In this document: one piece after another, positions 25,396 through 54,545 of the stretch
Layout: every line of letters starts with the position of its first letter
Numbering within the stretch: position 1 is the stretch's first letter
Notes under the pieces: generated by a model
Databases searched by the model: none
Told to the model about the DNA's origin: nothing
The model's input: the letters and a program-made list of their open reading frames with translations, nothing else
Assembly (NCBI RefSeq): GCF_009914755.1
Contig: NC_060944.1
DNA length: 64,000 nucleotides
Strand: one strand, 5' to 3'
Source: the human T2T-CHM13v2.0 reference genome, Homo sapiens
Position numbers and translations under genes: made by a program

Positions 25396-26539
25396 GCTAA
25401 TATTCAACTCAGCCAAAGATATCAGGCCTTTTATACTAATCTGCCAACCAGATTTTTAAGTTTTCTCCTTAATCTAAAGCTAATTTAAAAAAATTTAGGC
25501 TAGTTTAGTTCCATTGTTCATCAGTGGATAGTATCGTTGTATAAGCAAAAATGTATGGCATAATTTCCTGGATGTCTTGAATTAAAAATAAGTTTTAAGT
25601 TTTAGCTACCTTTACCCCATTTATGTTTCCTGTATCCCTATGTAATTTTTACACAAATGGCCATTTCATAGAAGGTTTTTTGTCTTTTGCCTTTATTATG
25701 AAGAAACTCAAATGGCATTTTGGTTATGACAACTCTGGACATAATTGCAGAAATTGTACAATTAATGCCTCCCCCTTTGGCTGAGATAAATGGTTTTGGA
25801 TTTGTCTTGCTTTCACATGTAAATAGTGTTGAACAGTTAACAACCCCATGAAAAAGGCAGGGTAGTTTTTCTCTATTCTTTCCTTATACTCTCATGGGAC
25901 TCTGGTCTTTTTAATTCTTCCTTTTATCCATGGTGTCTAGCACAATGTGGCACATGGATGCTTAGCAGATGCTTACTGAATGAACATAGCTTTCATTTTA
26001 GGAACTTTAGGTCTGTTTATACCTGCTTCCCTTTTCCTAATTAATTGATGGCAGCAACTGTGATTTGCTTATTTCCAAGTGCCAGTGCAGTGCCTGATTC
26101 TAATAGATACACAGCAAGCATTTAATTGAAATCGAATTAAAATCTAACACAAGATCATTTCAAGAAGCAGGACTTTACAAAATCTAGGTTTTCAGAAGCC
26201 AAGGCGTCTGTTTTCACTGCGTTATTATGAATTTTCAGGCTGATTCCGTATAGAACTAAATGTTTAATTTATTAAATATGTAGAATACATTATAAGTCAG
26301 CTTGATTCTTTCTAGTATATATCACAAGATATGTGGTAATACCTGTCTTTATTTTACTAGACATGCATATGCTGTAATTTGAAATAATTCCTTGTCCCCC
26401 ACTCCCTTATCAAGAAGATTATAGCATTTAAAAAAGATTGTTATAAATGTCTTACCAATGTTCTCCTGGGAAGCAAATACATTTTTACTTAATTGAACAT
26501 ACAATAATGGACTAAGTAATGGGAAAAAAAAATTCTTAA

Positions 26540-26900
<361 letters not shown>

Positions 26901-28124
26901 TAACTTGAAATGTTCATATGATTTTCAACTTGCATTTGGTCTTCTCCTTTCATTATAGCTACAGATTAGCTGTAGTTGATTGTTGCAAGTGAAACCTGTG
27001 GTTAGAGTTTTGATCAAAGATACTTATCACTTGATAAATAATCCCAACTGCAAAAGTGTTGGATTTTGACGTTAAATTTAACACTAATATTTTGCAGCCT
27101 TTAACCTGAAATTCATTTGGTGACCTAGTCTACTCTGTAGTACTTTGAAGATTATTGAGCAACAGCTAGCTTTTCCCAGTGACAGTGGCTCCCCTTTTCT
27201 GTGATTTTAGGGAAGTGAGGAAGGAGATCCTGGGAGCAGTGCCAGTGGGAGCTTGGAAAGAACAATGGGTTTAATATGATTAATTGTAGAATCCTTGCCC
27301 CTTTTCATGTTCAACAGTAAAAGAAAAACATGTTTATAATATTCAGTGGCTGCTTTTTGCCCTGTTGGTGTTTCCAAGCATTATATATTATATAGTTTGG
27401 ATTTTCCTGTGTATCAACTCCTCTCCCCAATTTTATTCTTTGTTCTGGCTTTGAGGCATATCTTCTCAGACTAGCTATTAACAAGGCTTAATTTGATGTT
27501 TGATTTCCCCTCACGTCCTTTTAGGTCTCTGGTGATGAAGGCTTAAAATAAAAACCTAAAACTAAAACAGGGGCCATGTTGTCCAAGATGGACTCAGATT
27601 CCTGAGCTCAAGCAATCTTCCTGCCTCAGCCTCCTGAGTAGCTGGCGTTACAGGTGTGCGCTGCCATGCCTGGCCTGGTGATGCAGGTTTTGGTAATGTA
27701 GATGTCATCAGTAAACCATTAATTCTACTAGAAAATTTAATGTCCCTGTTACCTTCTCAGATGTCTAATGTTTCTGGAACTTCTCACATTTAGTTTTATG
27801 TCAGTATGATTTGGTTTTTGTATGTGTGATTGATGAAAATCTGAATTGTGAAAAGGGATAATCTTGTTTTTGATAAAGAAAAAAAATACTGTCCTAAGAA
27901 ATCTGCTAGGATTGTTGCCTTTGCAGAATCTTTTTTCCAGACAAGTTTAACTCACCAGCAAATTTACTAACAGTTCTATACTTACAGGATCCTGGTATAT
28001 AGTAGTACTCCTTTCCAGGTTCCTGGTAGGCAAGCCAATCATTGTTCTGTGACTATTTGCGAATCTCTCTGGTTTAATTATACACTTCCTTGGAGGGGAG
28101 AATTTTGTACCTGGCTTGTCTTTG

Positions 28125-28550
28125 TGTTACTGAACTGAACTGGGTCTATTTTTCTGTGTATGCAATGGAAAGCTGAACACTAAGCACCAAGTTTTTGTAG
28201 GAAGAAAAGTTTATTGCAAGGCTGCTGTGTAAGGAGACAGGAGTTGGGCTCAAATCTGCCTCTCTGAACTAGAGTTTGGGTGCAGGTTTTATATTTGGAG
28301 AGTAATGAGGTGTGATCTGAGTGGATCCTGCCATGGGATGATGTCAAGGCTTGATTTGGTTGCATCTTCTGTCCTGCCATGTGGTGTCTGCTCTTATTCA
28401 TTCGCTGTTCCTCAGTTTGATCATTTAGATTCCACCCATGGTTGCATTCTTTGTTCATCTGGGCATGCTGACTTTACATGATCTTCCACCTGGGGGTCCA
28501 GCAGTTAACATTTGGGTCCAAGGGTGCAGATTGGCAGGGTCAGCATTCCT
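28125..28550 (-). mobile_element. Old LTR relic (family uncertain; ERVL MER54/MER74-like)
   Basis: Begins tgttactgaactgaactgggtc; tttattgcaag (antisense AATAAA); ctcaaatctgcctc motif. Family call is by eye. Confidence 0.5.
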
Positions 28551-28675
28551 TTGAGAAGTACGAAGACCAGCACTATAACACTGGAGTATTAATCTAGGCC
28601 CTCTCACCACCTTCTACACGAGGCAGCAGTAATTGTTTCCTAGGTCCATTATGCTACTAGATACTTTCTGACTCA

Positions 28676-29527
<852 letters not shown>

Positions 29528-29529
29528 CT

Positions 29530-29735
29530 ACAACTTTGGTGCACAAAATTATTAAAAATATTATATAAAATTACCTTCAGGCTGTGTGTATAAGTAACAT
29601 AAATGAATTTTATGTTTGGACTTGGGTTTCTTCCCCTAGATATCTCAGTATGCATATGCAAATATTTAAAAAATCTGAAAAAAATTCGAGACACTTATGC
29701 TTCTAAGCATTTTGCATAAGGGATAGTCACCCGGC
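29530..29735. mobile_element. Tigger4 (MER46/Zombi)-like fragment
   Basis: aaaattaccttcaggctgtgtgtataag...aagcattttgcataagggatagtcacc resembles the Tigger4 end. Confidence 0.72.
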
Positions 29736-30619
29736 ACTACCTAGAGTTTTCTTTTTCCTTTGTTGTGAGCCACATGTAATGTGCCTCCCATTCCCTGCTC
29801 ACTGATTTTCTCCCCTCTAATTTTAGTTTCAGAAACACAACAGACCTTTCCATAATGCAGCTAGATTGTGGTTGGCTCTCCCTATATACTGTCTGCAGAC
29901 TACACTACGTGGAATGTCCATGGCTATAATATGTTTGTTACTTGTAACTTGTGAATATATCATTTTTCCTTTCCCCCATACCAACAGATCTACCAATTCC
30001 AGCATGAAAGCTATTAACTTTAGGGCGTAATTATGGTTGTTATCTTGGTTCGATACCATTGGAATTAGTGGCAATCATATTGTTGCTTTATTGTTAAATT
30101 TGGAAATTCATAAGGTAAAGTGAATGTTCTTACTGGTTCACTTATTTATTGCAGCAGAACCTGCACGCCATTTCTTCAAGTGCAAAAGCCTGCTGTTTAT
30201 ATGTTCATGTGTTTTATTGTAGATTATTTTGAAGAACGGTCTCTCATTTCCTTGCTAATATTTTGTTTTGGTGGTCAAAATGCATCCTTTTATAGAAGGC
30301 AAGAAAACATCTGAGCCTTTCCTCTGGCCTTTGCTTGTTGGCTTTATCCATCCCTCCCTCATCTGATAATTTTTGGACTAGGGCATTTAAGCATTTGATT
30401 CTGCCAGGGTATTAATGTTGTCTTTATTCTCTGTTGAGCACTGATTTTGGACAAATGAATACCCCCACAAGTTCAGAGTACCCATCTGTTTTGATCACTT
30501 TTCAAGATTCAGAACTGGTCTCCACCACCTCCACTTTGCATTATCCATTTTTACAAACTGTGACAGAGTACATATTATATATGCTATGCCTGACTTTTAT
30601 TTTAATTAATTAATTAATT

Positions 30620-31497
<878 letters not shown>

Positions 31498-31587
31498 TGG
31501 AAGACTTAATTTGTGGGTGACTAATCATAATGCTTAAATGAAGAAAAGACAATAAAATTCAATCCCTCCTCTTCTTTTTGTCCTCAG

Positions 31588-31666
31588 GATCAAAATACTT
31601 GCTGGATGGTGGACTCAGAGACCAATAAAAATAAACTGCTTGAACATCCTTTGACTGGTTAGCCAG
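31588..31666 (+). other. NCOA3: Non-coding 5'-UTR exon (79 bp), NCOA3 exon 2
   Basis: Polypyrimidine tract tccctcctcttctttttgtcctcAG (AG at 31586-31587), donor CAG|GTAATT (GT at 31667-31668), non-repetitive sequence, matches recalled mRNA. Confidence 0.9.
31606..31662 (+). CDS. Candidate upstream ORF within exon 2 (MVDSETNKNKLLEHPLTG*, 18 aa)
   Basis: ATG at 31606 (tggATGg, +4 G, weak -3) is open to TAG at 31660-31662, entirely inside the exon. Translation is not demonstrated. Confidence 0.4.
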   Translation: MVDSETNKNKLLEHPLTG

Positions 31667-31845
31667 GTAATTCAGCTTTAGTTTGATTTGATCCTTTGTA
31701 ATTTTTTGTCTTCAACCTTCTGAAGATATTACCCTCCTCTTTAATTTATGATTTAATTAAAACTATTTATGCTTCATGTTTTTCTCTTTAATGATTATTA
31801 AATGAATGTGCTTAGAGTACTTGAGTGAATACGTATGTGTATGTA

Positions 31846-33243
<1,398 letters not shown>

Positions 33244-33450
33244 TATTCGTATATATGTATATACATACAAATACAAACATAATTTTGGGGGAAGAGAAGA
33301 AATTCCCCCTCCTTATGTGTGAATATTTTAATGGCATTTAGTCAAACATCTGAATTAGCCTAACTTACATTTGCTGTTTCACCTTGTGAAGACAAATTTC
33401 CCCAGATTGCTTGTGCTGGCAAATAACATTTCATCTAACCCCTTTCTTAA

Positions 33451-34624
<1,174 letters not shown>

Positions 34625-34634
34625 ATTTTTTCTT

Positions 34635-35860
34635 TTTTAAATACCTTTTATTTGGAAGTATACATTTACAAAAGTTACAAAAATATAGTATAAAGAACAT
34701 CTGGATATCCGTTATCCAGACTTACCCACTTGCTTATTTGTATTTGTGCTGTCCTACTCTCTTTTCTCTTTTTCTACCCACGTAAACACACACACAATTT
34801 TTTTTTTTAACCATTTGAGGGTGAGTTACTATGTTATGCTTCTTTCCCCTAATACTTCTGTTGTATTCCTACAGATAGGGTCATTCTCTTATATAACCAT
34901 GGTACAGTTAATAACTTCATAAATGGACATCGATGAAATCTATCGCCCATATTCCAGTTTTGTCAGTTGACCTAAGAAAGTCTCTTGTAGCATTTTCTAT
35001 GCTTCCTGTATAGACTACAGTCTGGGGTCAGGTTCTGCATTCAGTTATTATTTCTCTTTGGCCTCCTTTTTCCTGGGATATTTTCACAGCCTGTCTTTAT
35101 CTCTTATGACATTGGCATTTTTGAGAACACAACCCTTCCCTAACCCCTTTACTCTGTTCAGTGGAGATGTTCTTCATTTTATGTTGGTCTGAAATTTCCT
35201 TGTGATTAGATTAAGATGTTATGGATTCTTGGCAGGAATACTGCATCCGCAATGTGATACTCTGAGATGGAGTCATATGACGTCCGTCTGTCCCTTATTG
35301 TGATGCAAATTTTGATCCCTTGGCCAAGGTGTTGCCAGATTTCTCCACCATTTGGTTTTTTTGCCCTCTCTTTTGCCAAGCAATAAGCAGCTTGTGGGGA
35401 AACAATGCAGATATTCTGATTCTTTTCACGGTTTCTTCTAGATTTAGCATCCATTGACTCTTGTCTGATCCAGCTTTTTATTGTGATGATTGCAAAATGG
35501 TCATTTTTTTCTTTCCAGCATTCCTTTCCCATTACCCGTCGGATCTTGGCTGTATTCCATAATCAATAGCCCTATGTATTGGTGATGGATTCATGAATTC
35601 CTATTTTTTGAATGGTTTACAATTCACTTACCCTGCTTAATTATTTTAGTGCTCAAATTGTCCTAGAAGTTTGGCTAGTGAAACTCCTGTAAGTGGGCCG
35701 CTGTGTCCTTGTGGGGAATAAAAGTTTTAGAGACCAAGATCTCTCTGAGTGCTAGGTGTCCTCACTACTTCTGGGCTGTTTTCTCATCTTGGCCTTTTTA
35801 GTGGATAGAGCTAGGAAATAATATGCATGCTTATACACATACATGTACATATACATACTC
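34635..35860 (-). mobile_element. Old L1M (L1MC4/5-like) 3' region
   Basis: catttacaaaagttacaaaaatatagta...cattctcttatataaccat...gcattcagtt motifs. Confidence 0.65.
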
Positions 35861-35863
35861 ATA

Positions 35864-36172
35864 CAGTCATCCCTTCGTACCTGAGGGTGATTGGGTCTAA
35901 GACCCTTTGTGTGCACCAAAATCTGCTGATGCTTAAGTTCTTTAAACTATAAAGTAGCAATTGTATTTGCATATAACCCATGTTCAATTTCTTGTATGCT
36001 TTAAGTCATCTCTAGATTACTTATAAGAATCTAACACAGTGTAAATACTGTGTAGGTTGTTGTTAAACTGTATTTTTTAATTTGTATTTTATTGCTGTAT
36101 TGTTTTTTTAAATTTATTTTTTGAGTATTTTTGATCCATGGATGCAGAATCCACGATACAGAGGGCCGACTT
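35864..36172. mobile_element. MER2 (Tigger-family MITE)
   Basis: TA|cagtcatccct start, gtcatctctagattacttataa core, gatacagagggccgact end. Confidence 0.82.
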
Positions 36173-36421
36173 CGCATGTGTTCATTGAAACATACATATA
36201 CATATTTTAGAAATCATGAGCTTATATCAGTATGTACGTCTTTATTCCATGTCTACAGGGTTCTTTGTACTTCATTTTTTATTTTTATGTCCCTTATTAT
36301 TATGTGGGAATCCTGACTCTCAACCTTAGTACATTTACTCATTTGCCTAATCCTCTAATACATCTAAAATAATTTCAGAATTGGTTTTTTCATTTCACTG
36401 CAATAAACAAACTGAAAATGA

Positions 36422-39545
<3,124 letters not shown>

Positions 39546-39949
39546 AAAGAAAAAACCATAGTCTGAAACAACTGGTTAAATTTCTGTCACTAGTTCATTT
39601 AGTCCTATGCAGTTAATTCTGTTTCTCTTAGGCTTATTCTGTAGTCACTTTTAAGTTGTCTGCTTAGATGTTTAAGATACCTAGACATTTTGGCCTTTAG
39701 TATAGTTTTAAAATTTAAAAATGTTAGCTCAGTAGTTCATTGCCCAGAGTATTTCATAAATTATCAAGATTTAAAGGTACTTTGTACAGTCTTTTGCATG
39801 AGAATCTTCAACTGTCCTTTGAAGACAAATTATAGCATATGAGTCCTCAAGGGAAGCATCGGAGAGTAGCAGAAGCCATCACCCATTTGACAGTAAGACA
39901 TTTCTGGTACTCTTCATTCATCTTTATAGATGTGCATTTTCATCTGATG

Positions 39950-40890
<941 letters not shown>

Positions 40891-41346
40891 ATTCAACAAT
40901 GAAATACTTTTACCTCTTATTTCATTCCTACAGCCCTGTGTTGGGGTTGATAGAGGCTTCAGAAAAGGTAACAGGTTTATCAAAGTTATATACCTAGTTT
41001 GTGGCAGAACTGAAATTAGAACCTAACTTGATTGTTTACAAACTACAGACCATTTTCTTTCCATAATGCCATGATCTTTATCTTCTAATAAGTTGCTGTC
41101 AGTTAAAATGTTCATACTGTAACTGGTGTGAGTGGTGGTCCTGGTAGCGGATGCTACTTAATTAACAACATTGTCAAATTGCAGAAAATTGAAGTTCTTC
41201 TCATTTAAAAAACGGTTTTCAGTTGAAGAATTTAAGTATCCTGAAGTCAGTAATACCTTGAACTAATCTTTTTAGATGACATTCCTCCAGCAGTGAAAGT
41301 ATGTCTGTGGTTACTCAACAGAAAAATTTAATTCTAATGACAGACT

Positions 41347-42044
<698 letters not shown>

Positions 42045-42782
42045 AAGTTGATGGATTTAACTTCATGAAAATTTTTAAACCAGTTTTTGTGTCATCTTAG
42101 TTAAAATAAGAACATTATAAAGTTTGGTAAAGGAATGAAAGCATTACTAAGCCAGGATAATTATCAAGTGCCTTTATATAAACATTTTCCTAAAATTCTA
42201 GTTTCTAAAGTTCTGTTAGAACCTTATAAGATAATTAGTAGTATGGGAAAAGAATTACTGGCATAAGAATGACATTCTTAGTTGTAGTAACCGTATATTT
42301 ATATTTCTCCTTCAGTTTATTTTGAAATTAAATTTCTAAAGTTTAAAGGTAAACATTTTAATTATAAATTCTGCATTCATGCCTTCTAATTAAAATATGA
42401 ACCAAATTCATAGAAATCCTATAAGGCAACGATTACTTAAAAACCAAACAACTTAAGTGAATTGTTTTTAGGTTTGTATTGCCTTATGTATAAAAATCAA
42501 CATTTGTTGATTTTGCCTTGGATATAACACCTCTCATATTTAAAGCCAGAAAACACATGTTGCCAGATGGGAACTAGGAAGAGTAGTAGTCTCATCTTGG
42601 CATCATTTTCTTCATAATGACCAGTTCACTTGTTTTACACATAATCTCAGGTTCTTTCCAGCTTTAATTTTCTATGATTGACGGATCAGATTCTACATTA
42701 CGGAACCTTTTAGTTACCTGCTAACTGCTGTTACACCACTCAAGATGCGTGATAACCAGTCAGATTAGAAGATGAAAGTCTT

Positions 42783-43801
<1,019 letters not shown>

Positions 43802-44109
43802 TTAAAATAATTTTTTACAGGAGATATCTATAGGGATAGGTCAAGAATCTACAGTCCTTGGCTGGCGCTTAACTTGCAAAGGACCGTGATTTATAACTGG
43901 TTTTAAATTTTTTAGACTGGTGGGATCTTCCACTTGGTGTGGCTGGAAAAGAGTGATTTATTATTGGAAGTCCAGTAAGGCCAGTTCTATCTAAACTGTT
44001 AGAATAGCTGTAAGTGATGTGGCTTTACTGAGATTCCATGAAAAAAATAAAATATTTGATGCCATGACATAAGGCTTTTTTTTTTTTTAATTTTTTGGTG
44101 GGATTGGTT

Positions 44110-44360
44110 AAAAGCTTGGCTCTGAAGTTAGAATGACTTGGATTTAATTTCTAGCTCCACCACTTACTGGATGTATGACTTTGGGTTGAGTTTACCTTTC
44201 GATGTCTCAGTGTTTTCAAGTGAAGTAGGGATAATATTGAACTGTACTTTCATCTAGCTCACTATTCTGTGTTTCATAGGGCTGTCAGGAGGATTAAATG
44301 GGAGTAATAAGTGGAATGCATTTATCACAATACCTCACTCAGATGTTAGAGCAAGTATTT
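44110..44360. mobile_element. MIR
   Basis: tctagctccaccacttactggatgtatgactttggg...gaggattaaatg. Confidence 0.7.
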
Positions 44361-44984
44361 GTTCACATAGTGATTTTTTACTTTAAACACTAAAATTACA
44401 CATTATTTTTATATAAATAAAGAGTATATATTATTTGAATTATGAAGTATACTTTGAAGGCTATTCTTGAACCCACTCCTTGAACTGAAGAACGGGACGG
44501 TCAGTTCGTATAGTGTACCTGCTCCCTGAATCTTTCTTCCCGAAGTCATCCTGCTTCTATCCTTGAAGTCACAGCTATCTTTGAGTTAATAATTAACTTC
44601 ATTTAAAAAACTTTGAAAAAGTCTCATTTGGATGTGTCCTTGAACAATGTTTAGTTTTCTTGTTTTTTTTAGCTTTCCAAAAATATAATGGATGTAATGT
44701 GGTGGCTTTCTAAATTGTAAGATCCAACCATGTTGTGTATAATTCATTTTTACCATCCCTGTATTGTATTCTTTTGCATGGCTTCATTAGAATTCATTTT
44801 TCAAATCTGCAATTGATAAACATTAGAGTTTCTTCTAGCTTTTGAAGTGTGAACAACGTTGCAATGATCATTTTTTGTATCTCGTTTAAAATATTTTTAT
44901 TGCTCTAAAGTTTTAAACAAACTTGATTTTAACTGCTAATATATTTGCTTTCAATGTGGTGGTACTACTTTAGAAAAAGTAAAT

Positions 44985-47962
<2,978 letters not shown>

Positions 47963-48480
47963 AAGAATCTAGCTGATGTATGCAAAACTGCTAAGAACAC
48001 TATGATGTCATACAGAAATTTTATGGAAAAATATTACTTTCCTCATGACACTGATCTCAAAAGGTTTCCTATCTCAAACATTGTTAGATTTCAAAAATAA
48101 GATGTTAATTGCACTCACTTCAAATTTTAAAAAACCTTATTCAGTCTTTTTATAGAGGTCATCCTGTAATTATATGGTCAATATGAATTCCAGCAGCATA
48201 TCTTTTTCATGTGTCAAGAAAGTTTACATTGAAAAGATTGCATTCTTAAAAAGACCATACCCAGATCCATCTCCACTTCCTGTTTGTCCACTAAACATTT
48301 GTGAGATATTTATGGCTATCTTGCGCAATGCCTCCAGAAATCAATGTTTGCTCTCAAGTTTATAACTACAGTTTAAAAAAAATTCACCAAAAAATTCATA
48401 ATCCTGGTGGATCTGCTGTTTAGGACTAGTTAGTTAAGTGCAGTATATACAAGTAGAAAAGCTCCAATTATTTTACTTGA

Positions 48481-49216
<736 letters not shown>

Positions 49217-49393
49217 AAAAAAAAAAAAAAAAAAAGATAGAATTCAAAAATTGTATCTTGAATTTAGTGTTGCTCATATGACAACTTACTGTAAAAGGTA
49301 ATTTATTTTAAGTATAGGTCACATACTATACAGGGGATGCTTTCAAAAGACAATTCCTATTGATAATTGTATTTTATTATTAAAGTCAAAGAA

Positions 49394-49801
49394 TGTCTTA
49401 GTCTGCTTTCTGGTGTTCTGTTCTAGTGTTCTGGTCTTCTAGGGTTAGAAACTAGGTAGTTTATAAAAGAAAGGTTTATTTAGCACATGATTCTGGAAGC
49501 TGGGAAGTCTGAGATCTGGTCAGCTTCTGGTGAGGGCCTTGTGCCATGTCGTAACACCACGGTGGAGAAGAGGAAGGGGAAGCAGGCATGTGCAAAGTTA
49601 CCAACACAAGAGGTGGTCTCACTTTGTAACAACCCACTCTTTAGTCCAAACCTGTGGGAGCAAGAACTCAAGGGAGTGAGAAAGGCATTAATCCATCTTA
49701 ACGACTTACTTGCCTCTTAAAGGCACCACTTCCGAATACCACATCGCGGACCAAGCCTCAACATGAGTTTTGTGGAGATAAACTATATTCAAACCATAGC
49801 A
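49394..49801 (-). mobile_element. MaLR solo LTR (MST/MLT1A-like)
   Basis: tgtcttagtc start, aggtttattt, ttctggaagctgggaagtc, ttctggtgagggcc, aaaccatagca end. Confidence 0.82.
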
Positions 49802-51671
49802 AAGACCAAAGGTTATGGCGGTTTACTTTCTGCTAAGCTTTCAGATATAGACATGAAAATCGTTAGATCGGTAATAATATAGCTTTATAGTACTTAATTT
49901 TGTAACTTAATTAAGAAATAGAATTAGCCTAAATATCAGCTCAATAATCTAATAAAAGGTGAACTGCTGTACAAATAGTCCAGTTTGTATCACTGTTATA
50001 AATGAGCCTATCTCATGTGCCAAACTTTTAGAGTAATTGCCTTCTTACGATTTTGTCTGTTTCCAAAAACTTCTAATTGGAGTATGCTTTTGAATCTGTG
50101 TAATATTTAACATATAAAGCCTGCATTATTTAGAAGTTGATATTGAAAACCTTTAAACTTCTGACCTCAAATAGAATTTGCTTATGTATAACCATTACAT
50201 GCAGCTGGTGGGTTCAAAATTGCGTTTTCTGGGTCTCTGCTCTGTGAAAAATAGTATGTATTGGACATGAGTACATGACAGCTGACATTTATCAAGGATA
50301 ACAGGGGGAGCCATATTCATTTTCACATTTTAAAGCAACTTTGAAAGCTTTGCATGTGCACACATGCTCAACATATGTTCCTAAGCTTTAAATATATTTT
50401 CCATCATGTATTGCTTATCATTAATATAAGAAACTAAGTGTAAATCTTTAATGAGCTCAATATATTAAACTTATATGAGTACACAAGCATTTGGAAGATC
50501 AGCAATGCAGGCTACTTCATTCATTTACATGGAATTTATCTTTTATAGTTTCTGTGCTATTACAAATAATGTAACACATTCCAGATAGCCCTTTTGTTAT
50601 ATAGTGTTTGATTTGGCCCTTCTTTAATTTCATTACCATAAAATTTTGTCCTGTTGTAGAAGACTAAATGGTAGAAATTAACTTTTTTCTAAACCAACTA
50701 TTGTTATATTGCTGTTCTCTTTGCCAAGCTATTTATAGGGCTATTTTACTGGAGGGTGACATAAATAGAATTGGAATGGCATAATTGTTAGTCTGAGTTC
50801 TTAGCCTTTAAAAATTTTCTTTAAATTGTGATAATTCAAAAAGAATTCTAGAATAAAACTGTAAAGCTCATAATGTTGCCAACTTGTTAATTAAAATAAC
50901 ACCTTTTGTGGTTGGTATAGGTTTCAGATACTGTGACCATTTAATATATTTATATGCAGATCACATTGACTTGCTGCAAGGTAACAGGAGAAATGCTTTG
51001 ACTTCAGAAGATAAATTGGCCATGCACAGCTGTAATCCTACTGTCTTTTCATTTCCAGACATGATTCAGTAGTTTAAGGCTTTGATTCCTAGGCGCTGAG
51101 AAGAAAGTTGAAATTTATTTTTGTGTATGAGAATTTTTACTTAGGTTTTTGATAAGTCTAGTTTGTGGTGTGAAGGTACCATCTAAACTGTTGGTGTTTC
51201 CATACTTAAATAGCTCTCTCTTAATTTTATTTGAAATATGAGAAGCCTGAGTTTCTTTCCATTTTCCTTTTGGCAGTTGGAAAGGAAGCCATCTTATTAA
51301 GAGTGATGAATAGTGAAGGGTTTTTTTTAGGCTAAATTGCCAGTGTCTTTAGATTAAAAAAAATTGCAGAGCGATAAGTTATGAACGTTAACATGATTTT
51401 TCAAGGAAGAAGTAATCCTTAGTCACTTGTAACCCAAATGCCTTTCCTAATAAGAGTTCCGTTTCTACAAATTCTTTTGACAGAGAAGTGTATGATATCA
51501 GAGAGGTTTTTAGAAAACATTTTAAGTGCCATAAGAACAATTCAAGACCACTACCAAAACTTCATTTGAAGATCTTAGCATCTTTGAGAATTTAGTATTT
51601 CTCAAGAGACATCTCTTAAATTCTCCTGTAGGCACCAAGATTTAGACAATTTGCTTAATTTATTCAGCTAA

Positions 51672-52422
51672 TTAAATGGGAGAGTTCCCTGACCCCCCTC
51701 ACAGGACGTGCGACAGGGCTGTGGCTCATCTGTTCCGTGCTCTCAAACCCCTTTTGGGAGGAGGAGCATGCGTGCAGGCAGGTGCAGGATCTGGGGCGAG
51801 TGCCCCTGGGCTCTGTTCTCATGGGAGTGTCCAGGGGTGGGAGTCTGCAACTCCCCAAGCCCAAGTAGGCATGTGTTACAGTATGCTCTTTTTGCTTTGC
51901 CGACCATGGACGGCTTAAGTGTTAAACAGCTCAGGGCCTTCTTGGTATTCAGGTCCTTGTCCAGCATCGAGGAAGAATCAGGTCACACACGGACTTGAGG
52001 ATGGTGAATGTGGGGATTTTATTGAGTGATGGAGTTGGCTGTCAGTTGGATGGATGAGGAGCTGGAAAGGGGATGGAGTGGGAAAATGATCTTCCCCTGG
52101 AATTTGGCCATCCAGTGGCCCATCTCCTCTCTGACCGTCCTCAGCCGAACTCCTCTTGGTGTTCAGATGTTCCTTCTCTTCTTTCTCTGCCGTGCCATTC
52201 TGCCATTCTTCTGCTCTTCTGTTTGTCTCCTTGTGGAGCCGGGGGCTTGGGGTTTATATGGGTACAGGATATGGGGGCGTGGTGGGTCAAAAGGCAACTT
52301 TTAGGCATGAAAACAGGAATGTTTGTTCTCATTTAGGGTCATGGGTTTTCAGGCTTGAGTGGGGCCTTTGCCAGGGAACTGCCTTCTTCTACCCAGTATT
52401 TCCCTGTCTCCTGTCTGTATCA
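51672..52422 (-). mobile_element. ERV1 solo LTR (MER52/LTR27/LTR28 group)
   Basis: The minus strand starts TGATACAGACAGGAGACAGGGAAATACTGGGTAGAAG; sharp GC-rich island; flanks ctaa / gtaa form a near 4-bp TSD; TATAAA and AATAAA on the minus strand. Confidence 0.85.
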
Positions 52423-52996
52423 GTAATATAGGAATTAGAAAACACAAATATCTTTTTTTGTAAACTAGGTTGTAGATCTGTTTGTAGTTAAGAGGCCAAA
52501 TTCCATTTTTCTTAATTACCTTGATTCTGTCTGTAAATGGTACAGTTCTTGAGGGAGCCATTTTTCGAGAGCCTACCATTTGCCAGACATCACTGAGGTT
52601 TTGTTTTACCTGTGGTTTTTAATCCTCTCAACAACTTTGTAAAGGTGATGGATGTGCATTTTAGAGAAGATGAAATTGAGCTTCAGAGATGTAAATTTGG
52701 TAAGGTCATGCTGAGCTCAAATCAGCTGTTAAGTCTGTGTTCTTTTCCCCTCTTCACTATGCTTCATTTAAGTTGGATTCGTTGTTTTCTTGTTCACTAA
52801 TGATGTGTGCTTGTGTGTCCAGTTTAGGAATTAACCTTGTCTATTGATTCTTGGTTTCAGACAAGTATCCCATGTCTGTCTAGAGTTTGGCTGTGGATAA
52901 TTGATGATACTATCTTTTCAAATTATTTATAATTCGTGAAAGCTTATAGTTCTTTTAACATCCATTTATTCTTCTGTTTCTTTTTATCATTCGTAA

Positions 52997-54545
<1,549 letters not shown>

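Noticed and set aside
51664-52431. Cluster of overlapping ORFs in a GC-rich island, suggesting a small gene or CpG island
   Set aside because: Explained by the solo LTR's GC content; no splice structure or recognisable protein.
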